From Epiperipatus broadwayi (Eukaryota; Animalia; Onychophora): a stretch of 64,000 bases of DNA. Location: NCBI GenBank assembly GCA_028023455.1, contig JAQFVV010000005.1:15500001-15564000 (forward strand). The letters run 5' to 3'. The stretch's first letter is position 1. Each line of letters opens with the position of its first letter. Below are positions 62,931-64,000 of the stretch, piece after piece. Under the pieces are notes generated by a model, which was not told the origin of the DNA, did no database searches, and was given only the letters and a program-made list of their open reading frames with translations. The translations under genes and the position numbers were made by a program.

Positions 62931-63054
62931 CCACTGAGGTGAGCCATAAGCTCGAACCAATTGGTCTGGAGATAGGGATTTCCGATAGAGATTTTGAGTT
63001 CTTTCTCTTTCGGCACTTATAAAATAAAGCTTGATTAGAGCTATTGGTAAGCTC
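62928..63054 (+). ncRNA. Diverged relative of the 418-bp HHR unit, with decayed hammerhead core
   Basis: TTTCCA-CTGAGGT-GAGC cataa GCTC-GAA-CCAATTGG-TC^TGGAGA; stem II/loop II identical to the array HHR; downstream aagcttgattagagcta matches aagcttgtttagagcta of the unit. Confidence 0.75.
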
Positions 63055-64000
63055 CATCTAGTGATATGTATATATCACCAAACTTCATTAATTTACTTTA
63101 TATGTTTACATCTTATTAAATTATTATTAGTCATAATTTATAAATTACTATTTATATTTGTTGTTAAACTTTATTAAAATTTTAATAAAGATTGTCTACT
63201 TTGAAACTCTTCCTCAATACAACAAAGGTGCAAAAATTCTCCAAAAAATTTTAATAGAAGAAAAAAGTACTATTTAAAAGGCAATCTTCTATGAGACTTT
63301 CCAAAGGAAAGTATTTCCACAGCAAAGAACAACCTGTAAAAGTAAATAAACTATAATAACTTGTAAGGCTTTTCGTTATAGTATTTCTGGCAAAAAGACC
63401 TAATGTTTTTAAAAGCATGTTTGAAGCCAAATCCATTAACATTAGTAGTACTTAAGACTTCCCTTATATAGACATAAATTTTAAAGCAACATTAATTAAA
63501 ATTATAATTGTGACAATAAAACATTAAATAGAAGAAAGAAAAATCATTTTACCAGAAGTTAAGGTTGTTTGATATCTAAAGGCCAAACAATTTGATCAAT
63601 CATTAAAATATCAAAATCATTCAATTAATACAAATATTTCATTAATTAATGATATAACACTCAACCAAAACATGAAAATTCCTATTTAAAGGAGAACTAC
63701 CAATGAATTCATTCATAGAATTAAGCAGGTAATGGTGAGAAGTGTTTAATTATGCAAGAATTTTGATATTTCTAATAATATATTCAATACATACAGAATG
63801 ATTGTCATATGTCAGATATGTGTTGAGAATGTTGAATTAATAAATAAAGTTGCTGTTCTTTCTCTTCTACCATTTTTTTTTTTTTTTGCCATAGTTCATT
63901 TAACCAATGACGATAAGATTAAATCAGAAAATTCAAACTTTGAATGGACATTCTGCTTATGTCTCAAAATTGAAATCTAATTATTTTGGCAGAATCATTC

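Noticed and set aside
62931-62960. N-terminus MVRAYGSPQ of ORF 62664-62960 as a real start
   Set aside because: It is the reverse complement of the inverted HHR relic; the PLE-derived frame begins near 62930.
1-64000. Remaining 60-120 aa ORFs in the track as host genes
   Set aside because: They are F/I/L/Y-rich translations of AT-rich intron sequence, simple repeats or antisense frames of TE relics, with no domain signal or splice support.

Overview
AT-rich eukaryotic (metazoan-like) genomic window. The main host feature is a plus-strand, intron-expanded NOC4L/Noc4 gene. Nine small exons (15086-57190) splice in frame into the central and C-terminal CBF/Mak21 part of the protein; the 5' exons and the last exon were not found. 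Introns and the upstream region hold decayed retroelements (RTE-like and L1/Tx1-like LINEs, a probable Gypsy relic), small fold-back/MITE-like elements and five Penelope-like element (PLE) fragments. The unusual signal is a high density of minimal type I hammerhead ribozyme (HHR) motifs. (i) A young ~1.73 kb palindromic, TSD-flanked, non-coding element (7641-9370) is built only from a 418-bp HHR-containing unit and carries 5 HHR copies (retrozyme/pseudo-LTR-like). (ii) Four mutually divergent HHR-like motifs (2456, 5543, 53852, 60076) carry the non-canonical core AUGA(A/G)UA, an apparent compensatory A3-U8 pair replacing C3-G8, plus a U after A9 and an AGCGCU-type palindromic stem III; three of them adjoin related PLE fragments. 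(iii) There is also a U3-A8 variant, two canonical-core relics and one decayed-core relic, two of these relics joined head-to-head to truncated PLEs. All calls were made by eye; no searches, folding or alignments were run.
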